NCBI GenBank assembly: GCA_051294905.1
Contig: CM119371.1
Span: 16,432,001-16,496,000 of the forward strand
Origin: Botryllus schlosseri
Lineage: Eukaryota
Direction: 5' to 3'
Length of the DNA: 64,000 bases
The notes beneath the pieces were generated by a model that ran no database searches, was not told where the DNA came from, and saw only the letters and a program-made list of their open reading frames with translations. Position numbers and translations under genes: made by a program. Positions 1 through 13,640 of this stretch are shown here, in pieces (positions within the stretch are counted from its first letter, which is position 1; each line of letters opens with the position of its first letter).

Positions 1-1164
1 TTCAGCACGACATTTCAACTTGTCACAATAGCTGATTATTCACATATTGATTTGGAGCTAAAGAAATCTTGAACAAGTTATCGGGTTATGTTTTGTTGTA
101 ATTGAGTGTACGGAAATAGTATCACGTGTCGACATCTTACCATCTTACCATATTCAAAGAGTCAACCACAAAAACATTATCAAGTAACTCCGTTTGTAAC
201 TTACCCGACCAACTCAAACAGTATCAGTATGAAAAACAGCCAAGCATACACGAGTCCATAGCAACACTAAAACCTAAAATCCATAACAAGTTCGGTTGTA
301 ATCATATGCCGCCAACTCGTCTTTTTTGTTCAACTGTAAAAGTCGTTACTATTCTGCGAAATTCTACTCGATATATTTTGTAAGACAAAAGTAATTACTA
401 CTCGGTGCAGGTGACTTGAGATTATAACATAATATGTTTGAGTATACGAGATTTGAAAGTCCGACCAACGTAGTTGAGAATTCATTTCTTACAATCGAAC
501 GGTGGTGTTATATTCAAAGTTATCATGCTGTGAACATAAGGATTGACACATTGATTTGACAAATGAGATTTTGTCATAGTTGATCAATACTTCATTTTTA
601 AATTATTTGCGTTAATTAGACCCGGCGCTGTGGTAAATGTTATGACAACAATAAACTTTTCAGTGCAATTGTTATTAACATATTAAATTGTAAAACTATG
701 CGTGTCTGAAATGTTCTTGATAGGAAAATTACTCCACCTTGGTAAAAATCACTCTGCGTATCGCGGATGTCAGGAAATATTTTACAAATGTAATTGTTTC
801 CAGTAACCAAGACTAAAGACGAAACAACAATATCGATAATATTACATTCAACATCCAGTACAATTATTAAAATCTATCGTTTGCTATAACCGGTGCTAAA
901 GATGTAATAATTCCATTATTCATGTATTGAACACCCGATACAAAATGCTTTATTATCACAATTCGTAACGAGTAATTGTAACGACTAAGTGTAGAGTCAG
1001 TATATCACAATGACACGTCGTTACTATTGAACCCAGCAATTGATACGATTTATTGTCGGGATTTGTGACAGCGCATTGAAACATACACAGCTTACAGAGT
1101 GTGAAGATATCACTTTGGGTATCGAGTACCGTTTGAAGCGTGCGATCAATACATAATTCCGTTC
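1..1164 (+). repeat. Left inverted arm (visible part)
   Basis: Base 1 pairs with 14518, 254 with 5620 and 1164 with 4710. Only isolated substitutions were noticed (near 503 and near 1097). It holds the single-copy empty site GTCCATAG at 254-261. Confidence 0.95.
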
Positions 1165-3514
1165 GCACTCTCTAAGACATTGTGAAGTCTACAGATTTAC
1201 ACTTCAAGACTTTCATCAACACAGAAGCAATTTGGAATATTTTTACTGGACGCATCCTGTTCTACTAGACTTGAGTATACGCAAAACTCATAGCATTAAC
1301 AAAAATCGTAATAGGCGCTACACCGAAATCTACAAAATGTGTTTGTATTGTTGCTCAAAGTAGTGATCATGAATTATCATTTGAATCTTCTAAAGTAATT
1401 GAAATCGTAAAACCAAACTTGTGAAAGTCATTACCATAACAAAAGAATATTGTAGGTTGCTTGCTAAATGTATGCCAGAAATTTTGTAGAACGCTCACGA
1501 CCAAAGAAATCGGAAATTTCCCCCCATTGTCATTCGTCAAAGTAAATGTCGTCACAATACTCAGTCAGTAAAAGACGTTACTTGTATGTGATTGAATCGC
1601 CGGTAATTAACTCGCTAAATCAAACCCTAAGGAAATTTCACTCACTCATCGGATATTAAACAGCGTCGCTTGATCGGTGTAGATCGTTTTTTCTAAATGC
1701 AAATCAGACCTAGCCAACAGAAAACAATTTTCACTCACCCGGTAATGACACCAAGTGGTGGGCTTTCTTTCAATATTTTGTTTGTGTCAAATACTTTGCA
1801 ATAAACACGCTGGAGTGGTTGAGCTTTACATCATCAAGCTGTCATCTGTAAATCGAGATTACATCCGACTTGTAACTCTATCGTTTAACTAACCGAGTTG
1901 TATGCACAGTTTGATATTTTGGTCATTTAGTGATTGCTGAACATACCAAACGATACACATTCACTTCCGAAATACTGCATTCATCTCAATTCCCTTTGTC
2001 GTGATAATCAAAGTACTTTTGTTTCGATTTCATAACAACCGACTTCGACACGACGAATTTTTGAAAGTTATGCTAAGAAGATTGGTTGCATATCTCGAAA
2101 AATAATATACCACTCATATTAATACTGTTACTCGTTATTTTCCCGTTGTCGATTTTCAAACGAGTAAAATTTATTACTTGAGTTGCTCTGCTCACTATAT
2201 TTAAATGTAAACTCGCCCGTCTTTCAACAACAAACAATGTTAAAAAAGTATGCAATCAAACACAACAAGTTTTACTTTTGTAGGACACTAATTATTATTC
2301 CACGTATCTCATTTCATACTAAGTGTATATGAAAGATATTCATGGTACACGAAAATATTCGCTCGATATTCCCATGCTACGAACCTGCACAATGATTGGT
2401 GGTGCTTTCAAACTGTTTCGATGTCACAAGAACTTTATTGTCTGAATGGTTGTTCGTGTATCTTAATAATCAAATAGTTCGACACAGAACTAGTACTAAC
2501 AGAAACATCAGAGTTGTTTACACAAAAGTTTGTATGTGTACAGTATGCGAATACCATGTGTAAGTCCAGCACAATTGTAGTAACCATCCGAGTTTAGTTA
2601 ACACAATTTACGACACCGAGGTCGCGTCATTTTTCGTAAAACAAGAAACCAACCAAACCTTCAGGATATGTCCATGTCATAGCAATAAATCAGCTACTCC
2701 AACAACAGAGTACATATGTTTTCTAGTTACGACCCTTACATCTTACACACAAATCTTACACACAAATAAATCTACTTTGCTAACGAAAAGTGCTGAGTCA
2801 TCACATGATTGTCCTCACAACAATACAACTAAAACATACTATCATACAAAATGGTCGTTATAGTTTGCACACCAACGATACATCGTACAAGTAACAAGTC
2901 TCGAGAATCCAGTTATTGAAAAAACGTGAAAGTATTTCCCCTGCACCAAGTCGTTATGTTGACGAAAGCGTGTATTGTAATATCATGATCGATTCGCATT
3001 CGCTGGTCACAAACTGTCACTACTCTAAATAATTATTTTTCAATCAAACACAAAAGCATACTTATCACCATTCGTTTTCGTCAAGCACGAGTTCAAGAAA
3101 CTTACTTACTACGACATGAATTGTTATTTTTATGTTGTGTAAATAGGTAATAATTAATTTGAGTAACACTATATCAACATCATCGAGTTGTGCGAATAGA
3201 TTTACATGTGGTCTTGTGGTTTTAATCGAAGCACACATCGTGGTCTAATGTAGAGTCATCTCTATTGTACAGCAACTCGGTAATCGAAATGCATGCATTA
3301 ACATTTAAACAACGATCTTGGTTCGGCACGCGAAAAATATCTTTACTGTCCCGACACTCTGATACTCTGCACAAGATGTGTAAATCCTTATGACACTCAT
3401 AATAGCAATTTCATTCTTTCCCTTCGTAATTGTATACGCACGAAAATTATATTGTACAAGTCGGCAACTACGTTTAACAAGACCAATCACACTACCAGCG
3501 TTGAACACACGATA

Positions 3515-3930
3515 CCTACCCAAGTAAAAATATCATTTTCGTTTGGACAACTGACGTTTACCTGTGTAAAATTACCATTTTCACTTGGAGGTATGCCGTT
3601 ACCTGAGTAAAAACACCCTTTTCCTTTGGAGATCTATCGTTTACCCAGAGTAACAATACATTTTCACTTTGGGTTCTATCCTTTCGTAGGGAAACAAAAC
3701 CCTTGTCGTTTGCAAATCTATTTGTTTCCTACAACAACAAACCATTTTCACTTGGAAAGATACTTTTACCTAGAGTAACTAATCATTTTCTTTTTGGAAA
3801 TATATTTTCTCCTGGGTAAGAAACCCTTTTCGTTTGGAAAACTGTCATTTACCTGAGTACCAATACCGTTTTCACTTGGAAATCTATCTTTTCCCTGGGT
3901 AACAATATCATTTTCGTTTTGAAAACTGAC
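3515..3930 (-). repeat. Degenerate ~42-bp tandem repeat (about 10 units), reads as a 14-aa repeat on the minus strand
   Basis: Recurrent TTACCTGAGTAAnAAnAnCATTTTCnnTTGGA-type units. ORF 3766-3999(-) gives ...FQNENDIVTQGKDR FPSENGIGTQVNDS FPNEKGFLPR...; the rest is frameshifted. Confidence 0.75.
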
Positions 3931-4709
3931 AACCACACCGGACAATTTGATATTTTTGTATATTGTTACAACGGGCAGTGACAAAATATACACCAACAAC
4001 GACTCCGATACATTTGTCTAATCAAATATTCACTTGCTCTGATGCATCCCATCAAAATCATTGGTTACTCACATACAATAACAATGTGCTGTTGTACATC
4101 GACATGTATGTTTTCAGAATTGGCGAATAAAGGGGTTTCCGATATGTCCGTGATGTCCGGGTTCGTGCTTTGGATTTTCCAGAGTCAAAATGTCTGAATA
4201 AAACACCTCCTCGACTTTGGTAACTGATTGATACACGGATTATGGTGTTCGGAAAACGGATGAATTTATGTTCCCCATCGCGCTAACAACTCCGGGTTAC
4301 TTGTGAGTTTCCTCAGGTCTGTTTACTAAATTGTGTCTTTACTGGTCAATACATATCGCTCCAGTCAGCTGAAACCGGATCACTAATATGAGAAAGTGTG
4401 TGGGCCGGATCCGGATATTCACTCATGAACCAACGACCAATATTCAAGTAAACATGTTACAGACCGTGTTTTGTCTCCATGAAAAATACCAATGCATACA
4501 CCATCACATCAAGTACGTCACGATTGTTCATACACACCAAGTATTCGCGTAAACGAGGTGTACATACAATGTGTCGGTGTACAAACATCATGGAAAACAA
4601 ATTCATGTTCTCAAGTCTCATCATGCGACGACTCTGTACATTAAATGTGGGCATAGATGACTTGGAGACAGGCAAGCAGCCATATATTGCCGTAACATGG
4701 TCTTAGTAT

Positions 4710-5620
4710 GAACGGAATTATGTATTGATCGCACGCTTCAAACGGTACTCGATACCCAAAGTGATATCTTCACACTGTGTAAGCTGTGTATGTTTCAATG
4801 CGCTGTCACAAATCCCGACAATAAATCGTATCAATTGCTGGGTTCAATAGTAACGACGTGTCATTGTGATATACTGACTCTACACTTAGTCGTTACAATT
4901 ACTCGTTACGAATTGTGATAATAAAGCATTTTGTATCGGGTGTTCAATACATGAATAATGGAATTATTACATCTTTAGCACCGGTTATAGCAAACGATAG
5001 ATTTTAATAATTGTACTGGATGTTGAATGTAATATTATCGATATTGTTGTTTCGTCTTTAGTCTTGGTTACTGGAAACAATTACATTTGTAAAATATTTC
5101 CTGACATCCGCGATACGCAGAGTGATTTTTACCAAGGTGGAGTAATTTTCCTATCAAGAACATTTCAGACACGCATAGTTTTACAATTTAATATGTTAAT
5201 AACAATTGCACTGAAAAGTTTATTGTTGTCATAACATTTACCACAGCGCCGGGTCTAATTAACGCAAATAATTTAAAAATGAAGTATTGATCAACTATGA
5301 CAAAATCTCATTTGTCAAATCAATGTGTCAATCCTTATGTTCACAGCATGATAACTTTGAATATAACACCTCCGTTCGATTGTAAGAAATGAATTCTCAA
5401 CTACGTTGGTCGGACTTTCAAATCTCGTATACTCAAACATATTATGTTATAATCTCAAGTCACCTGCACCGAGTAGTAATTACTTTTGTCTTACAAAATA
5501 TATCGAGTAGAATTTCGCAGAATAGTAACGACTTTTACAGTTGAACAAAAAAGACGAGTTGGCGGCATATGATTACAACCGAACTTGTTATGGATTTTAG
5601 GTTTTAGTGTTGCTATGGAC
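4710..5620 (-). repeat. Right inverted arm, inner part
   Basis: Reverse complement of 254-1164; ORF 5491-5712(-) shares its C-terminus with ORF 126-383(+). Confidence 0.95.
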
Positions 5621-5763
5621 CAGTGATGAGCGGAGTCTGCTTTTCGAGACTCCGAGTCCCTCCGACAACTTTGGTCTCTGAGGCAAAATCCCTCCGACTC
5701 CGGGGATCTCAATCCCAGACTCCGAGATAACCCGAAGAATCTTGTCCAGTCCCCGAAATATAT

Positions 5764-6403
5764 TCAGACCATTGCCGAAGAATCCCAATCGATGTTTTCG
5801 ATAGCCTGTCTGATATTCATACCAGTTTTTTTAGTATCCGTGAATTGCCGAACAGTCGCAACATTACTTCTGAGAGTCAAGTTCTCTCCAACAAAATGGA
5901 CAGTCAAGCTAATAGAACTGCGACCCTTTAGATCGGTCCACATATCTGTGGTGATGCCAGCCAGCCCATAACACTTGATAGCAACTCTTAGTTCCTCTGA
6001 CAGCTTCTGCTTCAAAGACGAAGCCTCCTCATCGAACTTACGTTTCACCGTAAATCTGGATGGCAAAACGTCTTCTGCACAACACCACGGCAAACCGGCA
6101 CTTCTTCGGTATTCTCCACCCGGCGATCAGTGTTCCCCATGATCACCTTCTCCTTTGATTACTCGCTTACTTGCATTTCAACTGCGATCAATTCTTCTTA
6201 CAAGCTTCGATATGTCTTCGAAGATGCGACGTACCACTTGTCAACTTGTGATGCTTCAGCTGAACATTGCAATTTTGACATCTCGCAAACCCAGTATACT
6301 GGCCGTTATTATCATGCAGCATCAGAGTGAAATCCTTCCACACGTCACTCTTTTTCTGCGTCTTAGTGAGTAACCCACTTGACGTCGACGGTGCTTCAGC
6401 CAT
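5764..6403 (-). pseudogene. Truncated hAT transposase (BED zinc finger plus N-terminal part of the RNase H-like catalytic domain)
   Basis: 6188-6403(-): KSDVWKDF...ARCQNC...TSGTSHLRRH (BED finger). 5764-6093(-): LPSRFTV...GITTDMWTD...SISLTVHFV...KKTGMNI (first catalytic Asp, 'TxDxWT'). Frames are broken and the sequence stops ~140 bp before the TIR, with no C-terminal dimerisation domain. Confidence 0.9.
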
Positions 6404-7499
6404 TATATTAAGACGACGAAGGAAGACCAGTCAGTTCGAACTAACTACCACTAACACCACTGAAATCGACGATCACATCACAGGTTTCAGTAAATTAAGT
6501 TCCGCATCGCCATGAAACAGTTGATGGAACTGCACTGCACTAAACATACATGATGCATCACTGACGCACAGATCGACGCTCCTTGAAGTTGACTAAATGA
6601 CTAGTGACTTCCAATTTTGAAGCTGATACATGATATCTGGAATTTGGAGTCTGAGACAGACCAGCAGCAGAAACTTGATTGCGGTGCTGATTTTTCATAT
6701 CACATCAAAGTCATTTCTCAATCAAACCAAACATTACATGACGAAAATTCAGAAGAGTTCTGGATGACTGACTACGTCAATCAATATTGAAGGAAGCGTA
6801 GTTGAGTTGATGCGAGCAGAGCAAAGCAGACGGTTGTAGTTATTTAGTGTGGCTGTTCAGAAATTCGGAATATTCTGTTTTTACAGGGTAAGATCAGCTT
6901 ACCTAAGTGATTTATGTATTGTTAAAATCTTTAAAGCGGGCTTAGATGCTGGTATGCCTCTGTGAGCGGATCTTACTAGCAAAAATTCGTCGCAATGTCA
7001 TTAAATCATGTAACACATTGCATAAGTTATTATTGTTTCCATCCAGATACTTGCTTGTTGTATGTATATTTCTCACAGATATAAAGGTAATATTGATGTA
7101 ACACTTATTATCGATATCTCTCACTGCAAATTGCAAGTACGATGAAAGTTGCGAACAGTTATCACAAAAGTGGTATCGGATATTATCTTGTTTCAACTGA
7201 TACCAACGTTGGGAATACATTTTCACAAAATGGACCTATTACTATATTGAATGTCATCAGGATAATGGGATATATTACGTTATGATCATCAACTTGCTGG
7301 AAGAATCAGGGTAGCCAAAGGCTGTACCATAGGGAAGCCCCGCTGTATGTTGCTGATTGTAAATGTTTCGCACAATTACTGCACTGTAAAAATTATTGTT
7401 GTAAAGTACCCTGTAATCAGCTTGTAATGGCGGACTGCAAGCTTGTGGAGGTTGTAAACGCCAAATGCAGGCACATAACAAGCTGTCGTGCTTGTAAAT

Positions 7500-8960
7500 T
7501 GACATGCTTCAGAAATGATGTCCAATAATGTACAACGAAGTTTGAACGTATACTCCAGACATATCTCATACATGATGTCAGACTGGCAACGCAGGTCGAA
7601 CACCCCCGGATATGACCAAGACATGACCCAGACATGACGTTTGAGTTGAAACGAAGTCCAAACTCACCCGGCATGATGTTCGATCTGCAACCCTGTCCGA
7701 ACATACTCCAAACATTTATTAAACATGATGTCCTGTTTCAACACAGTCCGAACACACCCCAGAATTTTGCCATACATGATGTTCGTGTCTCAAACGAAGA
7801 CCGCAGCACTCACGCCACACATATCCCAGACATGATTTTCCGGTGACAACGCAGTTCGAACACACATTCGATATGCCCAGACACGAAGTCGGAGTTGAAA
7901 TGCAGTCTGAACCTACTCCATACATGCCTCTGACATGATGTCCGAGTGTCAACGCAGTCCGAACACACCCCAGACATGTCCCATATACATAGTGTTCGTG
8001 CGATAACGCAGACTGAATTCACCCCACACATAACCCAGATATGATTTCCGAGTGACACACCCAGGCATGCCCAGACATGATGTCCGACTATCAACGCAGT
8101 CCGAACACACACCCAACATGCCCCCGACATATCCCAGACATGATGTCCGATAGAACACGCAGTTCGAACTTACTCCAGATATGCCTCTGACATGATGTCC
8201 GAGTGTCAACGCAGTTCAAACTCACCCCAGACATGCCCAGACATGTCCCAGACATGATGTCTGAGTGTCAAAGCAGTCCTAAAACACCCCTGATATTATG
8301 TTCGATTGGCAACGAAGTCGGAACCAACTCCAGACATGCCTCAGACATGATGTCAGAGCGTCAACGCAGTCCGAACGCACCCCCGACATGACCCAGACAT
8401 GATCTTTGAGTGTCGACAGAGAATAATGAACACGTCCCAGACATGCCTCAGACATGATTTCCGAGTGACAACACAGTTATAGCACACCACAGACATGCCC
8501 CAAACACGATGTCCTAGTGTCAGCGCATTGCAAACTCACCCCAGACATGCCCCATACATGATGTCTGAGTGTCGAGGCAATCCGTAAACACCCCTGACAT
8601 GATGTCCGATTGACTACGAAGTCCGAGCCTATACTCCAGATATGCTGCAGACATGCTGTCGGAGTGTCTAAGCAGTCCAAACACACCCCAGACATGACCC
8701 AGATCTGATCCACGGGGGCCAACGCAGCCCCAACATACATCAGCCATACCGCAGACATGAAGATGATTAAGTGGACACGTAGGCCACACTCTAGTCTTGA
8801 TGTTCGAGTGGAAATAACACAGCCCAAACGCACCCCAGATATACCGCAGACATGGTTTCCGATTGACAACATAATCCGAACACACCCTAGATACGCCCCA
8901 GATTTGATGTCCCACTGGAAACGTAGTCCATAATACTCCATACATACCGCAGGCATACTC
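7500..8960. repeat. Subterminal tandem array (variable ~43-65-bp units built on CCAGACATG)
   Basis: Repeating consensus approx. CCAGACATGATGTCCGAGTGTCAACGCAGTCCGAACACACC(CCAGACATGn)0-2 over ~1.45 kb, directly inside the left EnSpm TIR. Confidence 0.92.
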
Positions 8961-9922
8961 AAGACAACAGAAGTATTATGGTCATTATTTTCCATCATTA
9001 TTACTTTATTCACAGATCGTTAATGCATATTGTACAAAATAAAGACACGGCCGCGGTTGAACCTTGAACAGTTCGGTAAAAGTCCGCCAAAATGTTGCCT
9101 GCCGATTCCTTTCGTTTCGGCTTCACTGGACAGCAGAAGCTTTGCCGTCAGCTGTAGCGTTTGTTGCAGCTTAAGTCGAGATCATAGTCAGGCCGAATCT
9201 TATTGAGGGCTGCTATGTGTCGCGTCATTTGTAGATAGGGAGTGTTAGAGACGTAGTATCTATGTGCAGATTATGAGGTTGTGCATCATTCACCTTTAGT
9301 GAGTACCCTTTGACGTCATATCCGGCTTAATTCGTTTTGTAGTGAGATGGCGCGTTTTGTAGTAGATGGCGCGAATATGTAGTGAGAGTAGAGCAGAGCC
9401 CGGAAAGTTGGCAAGTTTTTCAGTCAGGATTATCTTATTCAGGGATTCCACCGATGCGATGGCTATATTATATAGCCTATATATTCTTGTGCAGTCGTGC
9501 TCAATTGATAACTGCAGCCAATATATTGGTACGTAGAAAAATTATATGTGATTTGGTGACTTTGCAGAATATAGAATTAGTCCTGTTTGCTATAGCGGAC
9601 GTATTCCATGAAGTAGACGATGTCAGCATTGGTTACCGTTACTAAAATGTTGTCTGGGATGGCTGATTCCAACGACGGCCAGTTAAAATTGAATTTAAAG
9701 AGAAATTCAGGTAAATTTCGGCCTCACAGGTCTAGTTAATTAATTACTTGGCATATTTGTGTTACAGATGCTCCAAAAGTGACAGATTTGCCTTGTATAT
9801 GGTCTGTGTAATTCCAATTGATGTGTCAGCATTGTGAATCTATTAATGACACAAGATTGGTAAGATACTCTGCCATCGGATATACTTGATGGTGTAGAAT
9901 TCAGCACAATTTTATCTTGCAG

Positions 9923-12859
9923 GTGATATGTCAAAGTGCTGGAGATGTAGGCCTACCCTGTGGTCTGCAAAAGTCAGAACAACGCAACAATGTTTCATCA
10001 ATCATGACTGATCTCGTAGCCTCTATACTGCGGAAGAAAATAAACAGATGTAGTCGAGTAAGTATTTTGTAAGATATATGTTTGGTGAACGTTTAACAAG
10101 ATTTTAGCTGTCAATCGGTACTGACTGCTTTCGAAATTGCAAGATGCCTATTCACGACTAATGGAAAATGACTGATAATGATGCTATGGCCATGTTTTAC
10201 TCCAGTTCAGCTCTGTTACTTCCACAGCCCAACTCACTGTGTACCAATTTTAGTGCAATCAGGTTGATTATATACGTGAACTTTTTGTTCAGACTTTCTC
10301 CGCCAACGCATGCGAGAAAAGAGGCATGTTCAGCTCTAATTCGGAAATATCCAATTCTGAAATTAGTTACTGCTGATGAAGATAATTTTCTTCCGCCATA
10401 TGTAAGTTTTGAGGCTTGCAGTGTGGAAATATCACACTCTGTCAAATTCGATACATTTTAGCACTCATGGATAACGAGACTCAACGACAAAATATATAAC
10501 GAGCATCGGAAAATGAAAGACACAGACGACCCGGTTCTCCTAGCAAACAGAAAAAAGTTCGGACGGACTGGCCCGCGGATACGGCTTCCTGCTGAAGAAT
10601 CGCCTACGGCAAGCCCACGATGCAAGAAACCCAGAAGTTCTGATGTTGCGGACGAAGTATGAAACTGCTATTTCAAGGGAACCTCAAGGTTGAGAACCAC
10701 TGATTCATATCAATTAAAAATTTCAGGAAATAGAATCGTTGACCAATGATAAAAGTTCAGCTGAACACAAGGCATTCATATTGTCGGAATCGAGTTCGTT
10801 AAACCCAGCGAAGGGAGAGCTATTGAAATCCATGAAAGCCACCTTCAAAGGTCGCCGGTCTGACATAGAAGCCTGCATGCCAACTGCTGAAATTCTTATG
10901 GAATATCCGCTTCTGAGAGAATCATATTGGGTAAGAAAAATATCATTTGTTCGATTTCTGTTTACTGGTAATTGTTGATGTTTCAGCTATTGGAGGAGAT
11001 AAAGATCATAAACAATGGTCTGAATATACTGGACAATATCCAAGAAAAAGCAATATTCTCTCAGCACGCGACAGAAATAAACTGGAGTCGCGTGCCAACC
11101 AGCATTACAGCTGTGATGGGTACGATGCTTCAAGAATAAAAATTATTGGATGTCTCAAACTAAGAATTTTTTTCAGATTCTGTGAAAATGAATTGGATGG
11201 TCGGTATACCTGCAATGTTCAAAGAGTCATACGACAAATTTTTGGTTATAGATCAGGTTCGTACCAAATACATACCATCATTGCATTACTATGAATATAA
11301 CCTTGCTGCGGTCATTATAAGCCAAGAGTTCGATATATTAGTTAGACAATAAGCTCAGCCCACTTCCGCATTGGCAATGTAATTAACCATTGCTTTGAAG
11401 AGGCCAAACACGATCGCTACCAAATACAGAGGCGTATACATGGATGCCTAACGCATTTCCTCGCAGATCGTGTAATACGTGTGAGGATAGCAATACCTCA
11501 ATATTGTAGTTCAGTGGTTCTCAACCTTTTTGACCTTGCGGCACCCTTTGAAAATTATAAATAGTTTGCGGCACACTAGCACAGTGGTTCGCAACATTTT
11601 TTGACGCCTCTGTAAACTGCCAGAATACTGCATTGTCACACAGGCGGCGCCATGTCTGCTGAATTCAGCCTTTCGAGCACACGATGGCATGACAGCAATT
11701 TCGTTTTGTCATATGTACAAACTTAAAATCGAGTCTTATGTAGTACTGATCATTTCCTACATCCTAGAATTATTTTGCACATAATTTCAAAATTTAGAAG
11801 AAATCTCTCACGGCACACCGGTTGAGAACCACTGCTGTAGTTCTATTGGCAGCCACCTGCAGCTCAATTATAGTTCCAACAAACTGGGACGGGGAAATTT
11901 GTTAGCTGATATAATTTGATCAACTATACTTTTCAATTCTCATATTCGGCACCTGTAACATAACGTTACGTTGCACTTCGCGCCTACATTTTAACGGCAG
12001 TACTGATACGCTACCTAACAATCGCAATGTGGATGGCTATGTTCGTCAAATTTTTTAACGGGACCGTCACTTCCAAGTGGGTTCATTTCTCGCTGGTAAT
12101 TAGGAAGACGATGAGGATATGCCGAGTAAAGTGAATTCGAGCGGGGTATTGATTGCGGGCGGGACCAATGTTCCCTCCAATTTTTACGAGTCAGCACACA
12201 CTCAATGCGCGGTTACTTGGACAACAGTACGTAACCACGAAAAAAAAGGTTATCACTTCGAATTTTTTGTGCGCAGCTTAGAGGGAACATTGGGCATGAC
12301 AGCAATTTTGATCCGTCAGATAGAGCCGATTTAGATTAATGATCATTTGCTGTATAAAGGCTGGAAGTATTTCGCGCATAATATCCTAATGTAGAAGAAA
12401 TCTCTTGAAGCACCCTTGCGAGACATAAATTGCACACAAGTGTGTCGCGGCATACCGATTGAGAACCAGTGTGTTAGTAAGTGCTGTACTCGTCATTGTT
12501 GGACCAATTACACCTGTTTGATAAAAAATTACTCTCGTAGTCGTACTACTCTCATTGCCTTTCAATATACAGATGTACCTTTCTTTTCAGGATGATTCGG
12601 AATCACCAAACCCAATCATACATTTGGACACTGGGAAAAAGATATGGACGGTACACTTTGATGGGATTAAGATTAATGACGTTGTAGATTTTATGCATAT
12701 GCATATGCTTTGGCTATCATTCTATCCCTGCATTGGGTATTTAATATCCAATTCAAGCGCAGTGTGAATAACACATTGCATTTCTTATCCATCTGCATTG
12801 GCAAAATCAAGGGACTGCGTGTACCATCTGCAGTCACTTCAATCTGTGATAACATGTGA
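9923..12859 (+). pseudogene. Spliced SAMD3-like (EnSpm accessory/ORF2-type) gene, frameshifted in the last exon
   Basis: Phase-compatible GT-AG exons 10293-10401, 10462-10656, 10727-10930, 10987-11119, 11177-11256 and 12591-12859 give ...ACSALIRKYPILK...PYHSWITRLNDKIYNEHRK...LLKSMKATFKGRRSDI...AEILMEYPLL...GIPAMFKE...SPNPII...ILSLHWVFNIQF...NTLHFL. These motifs are recalled from SAMD3-like proteins of animal EnSpm elements. Frameshift at ~12693-12708; upstream exons (9923-10057 and earlier) do not join cleanly. Confidence 0.75.
11512..11834. mobile_element. hAT (Charlie/Buster-like) MITE in the last intron of the SAMD3-like gene
   Basis: CAGTGGTTCTCAACC...GGTTGAGAACCACTG; flanks TTGTAGTT / CTGTAGTT (7/8). 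Extra related ends at ~11582 and ~12471 suggest a composite. Confidence 0.75.
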
Positions 12860-13467
12860 TATAGAAAGTGATTCGACTGATTTTACAACTAATGGACATT
12901 GATGTAAAGAATGATCAGTTATTAAGAAAATTTAGCTTTTTTGTAGTGCTAAATCACATTTTGAACTGCTCTGAACTTAATTTTTACTCTGCTACTTCTG
13001 TAAAGTACAAATAGAAGTGGAATAAGTTAGTATCTGGCCAAATTAACTGTTTCAGAGTACTTGCGTACTTTCCATTCATTTACTATACCACGAGAAGTAT
13101 CAGCACGTGGCAATTGCTGCCCCTGAGCAATAAATTATGACATTAGGTTTTACCCAAGTTCCCATGCTGAATAATGTGATCTTGCCTTTACTTTGACCTC
13201 TTCAATCTTATTAACACAGGTCTCTGATGGCCAAGTCGTGACACTTTTGTTATTGTTCCATACTGTGTTATTATACTGTGCTGACTGCTGGTGTTACTAC
13301 TGTTCCTGCTGCATGTGTTGCTTCTGCTTCATATTCATTTGCTGTATACAAAATGCCTGTTCTTTCTATTGATTTGTGAACAATTATGACCACCGTGCAT
13401 CATGTCAGTTGTACTGTCGAGTACTGCCAGTATCAGGTGCAAGATTATAGGTATGAGAAAGAGAGAG

Positions 13468-13640
13468 AGCTACAAGCTTATGGTTGTAGTGAGCTTACAG
13501 GGTTATGGCTGTAGTGTGCTTACAGGGTTATGGCTGTAGTGAGCTTACAGGGTTGTGGCTGTATAGTGAGCTTACAGGATTATGGCTGTAGTGAGCTTAC
13601 AGGCTTATGGCTGTTAGCTTGTAATGAGTTTGCAAGCTTA
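13468..13640. repeat. Right subterminal ~25-bp tandem array of the EnSpm element
   Basis: About 6 copies of GAGCTTACAGGGTTATGGCTGTAGT just inside the right TIR. Confidence 0.92.

Noticed and set aside
126..383. 85-aa ORF with partial copies at 5491-5712 and 14196-14393
   Set aside because: The copies simply reflect the inverted arm split by the hAT insertion; no recognisable domain.
1165..4709. Polinton core genes (pPolB, integrase, ATPase, protease, capsid)
   Set aside because: No ORF over ~80 aa and no diagnostic motif could be recognised by eye; only decayed coding-like sequence.
7500..8960. CRISPR-like repeat/spacer appearance
   Set aside because: The intervening segments are diverged copies of one another, not unique spacers; no cas genes; eukaryotic context; lies inside EnSpm TIRs.
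7376..9013. Many overlapping ORFs of 62-178 aa
   Set aside because: By-products of the tandem array; they occur in several frames on both strands with no protein-like features.
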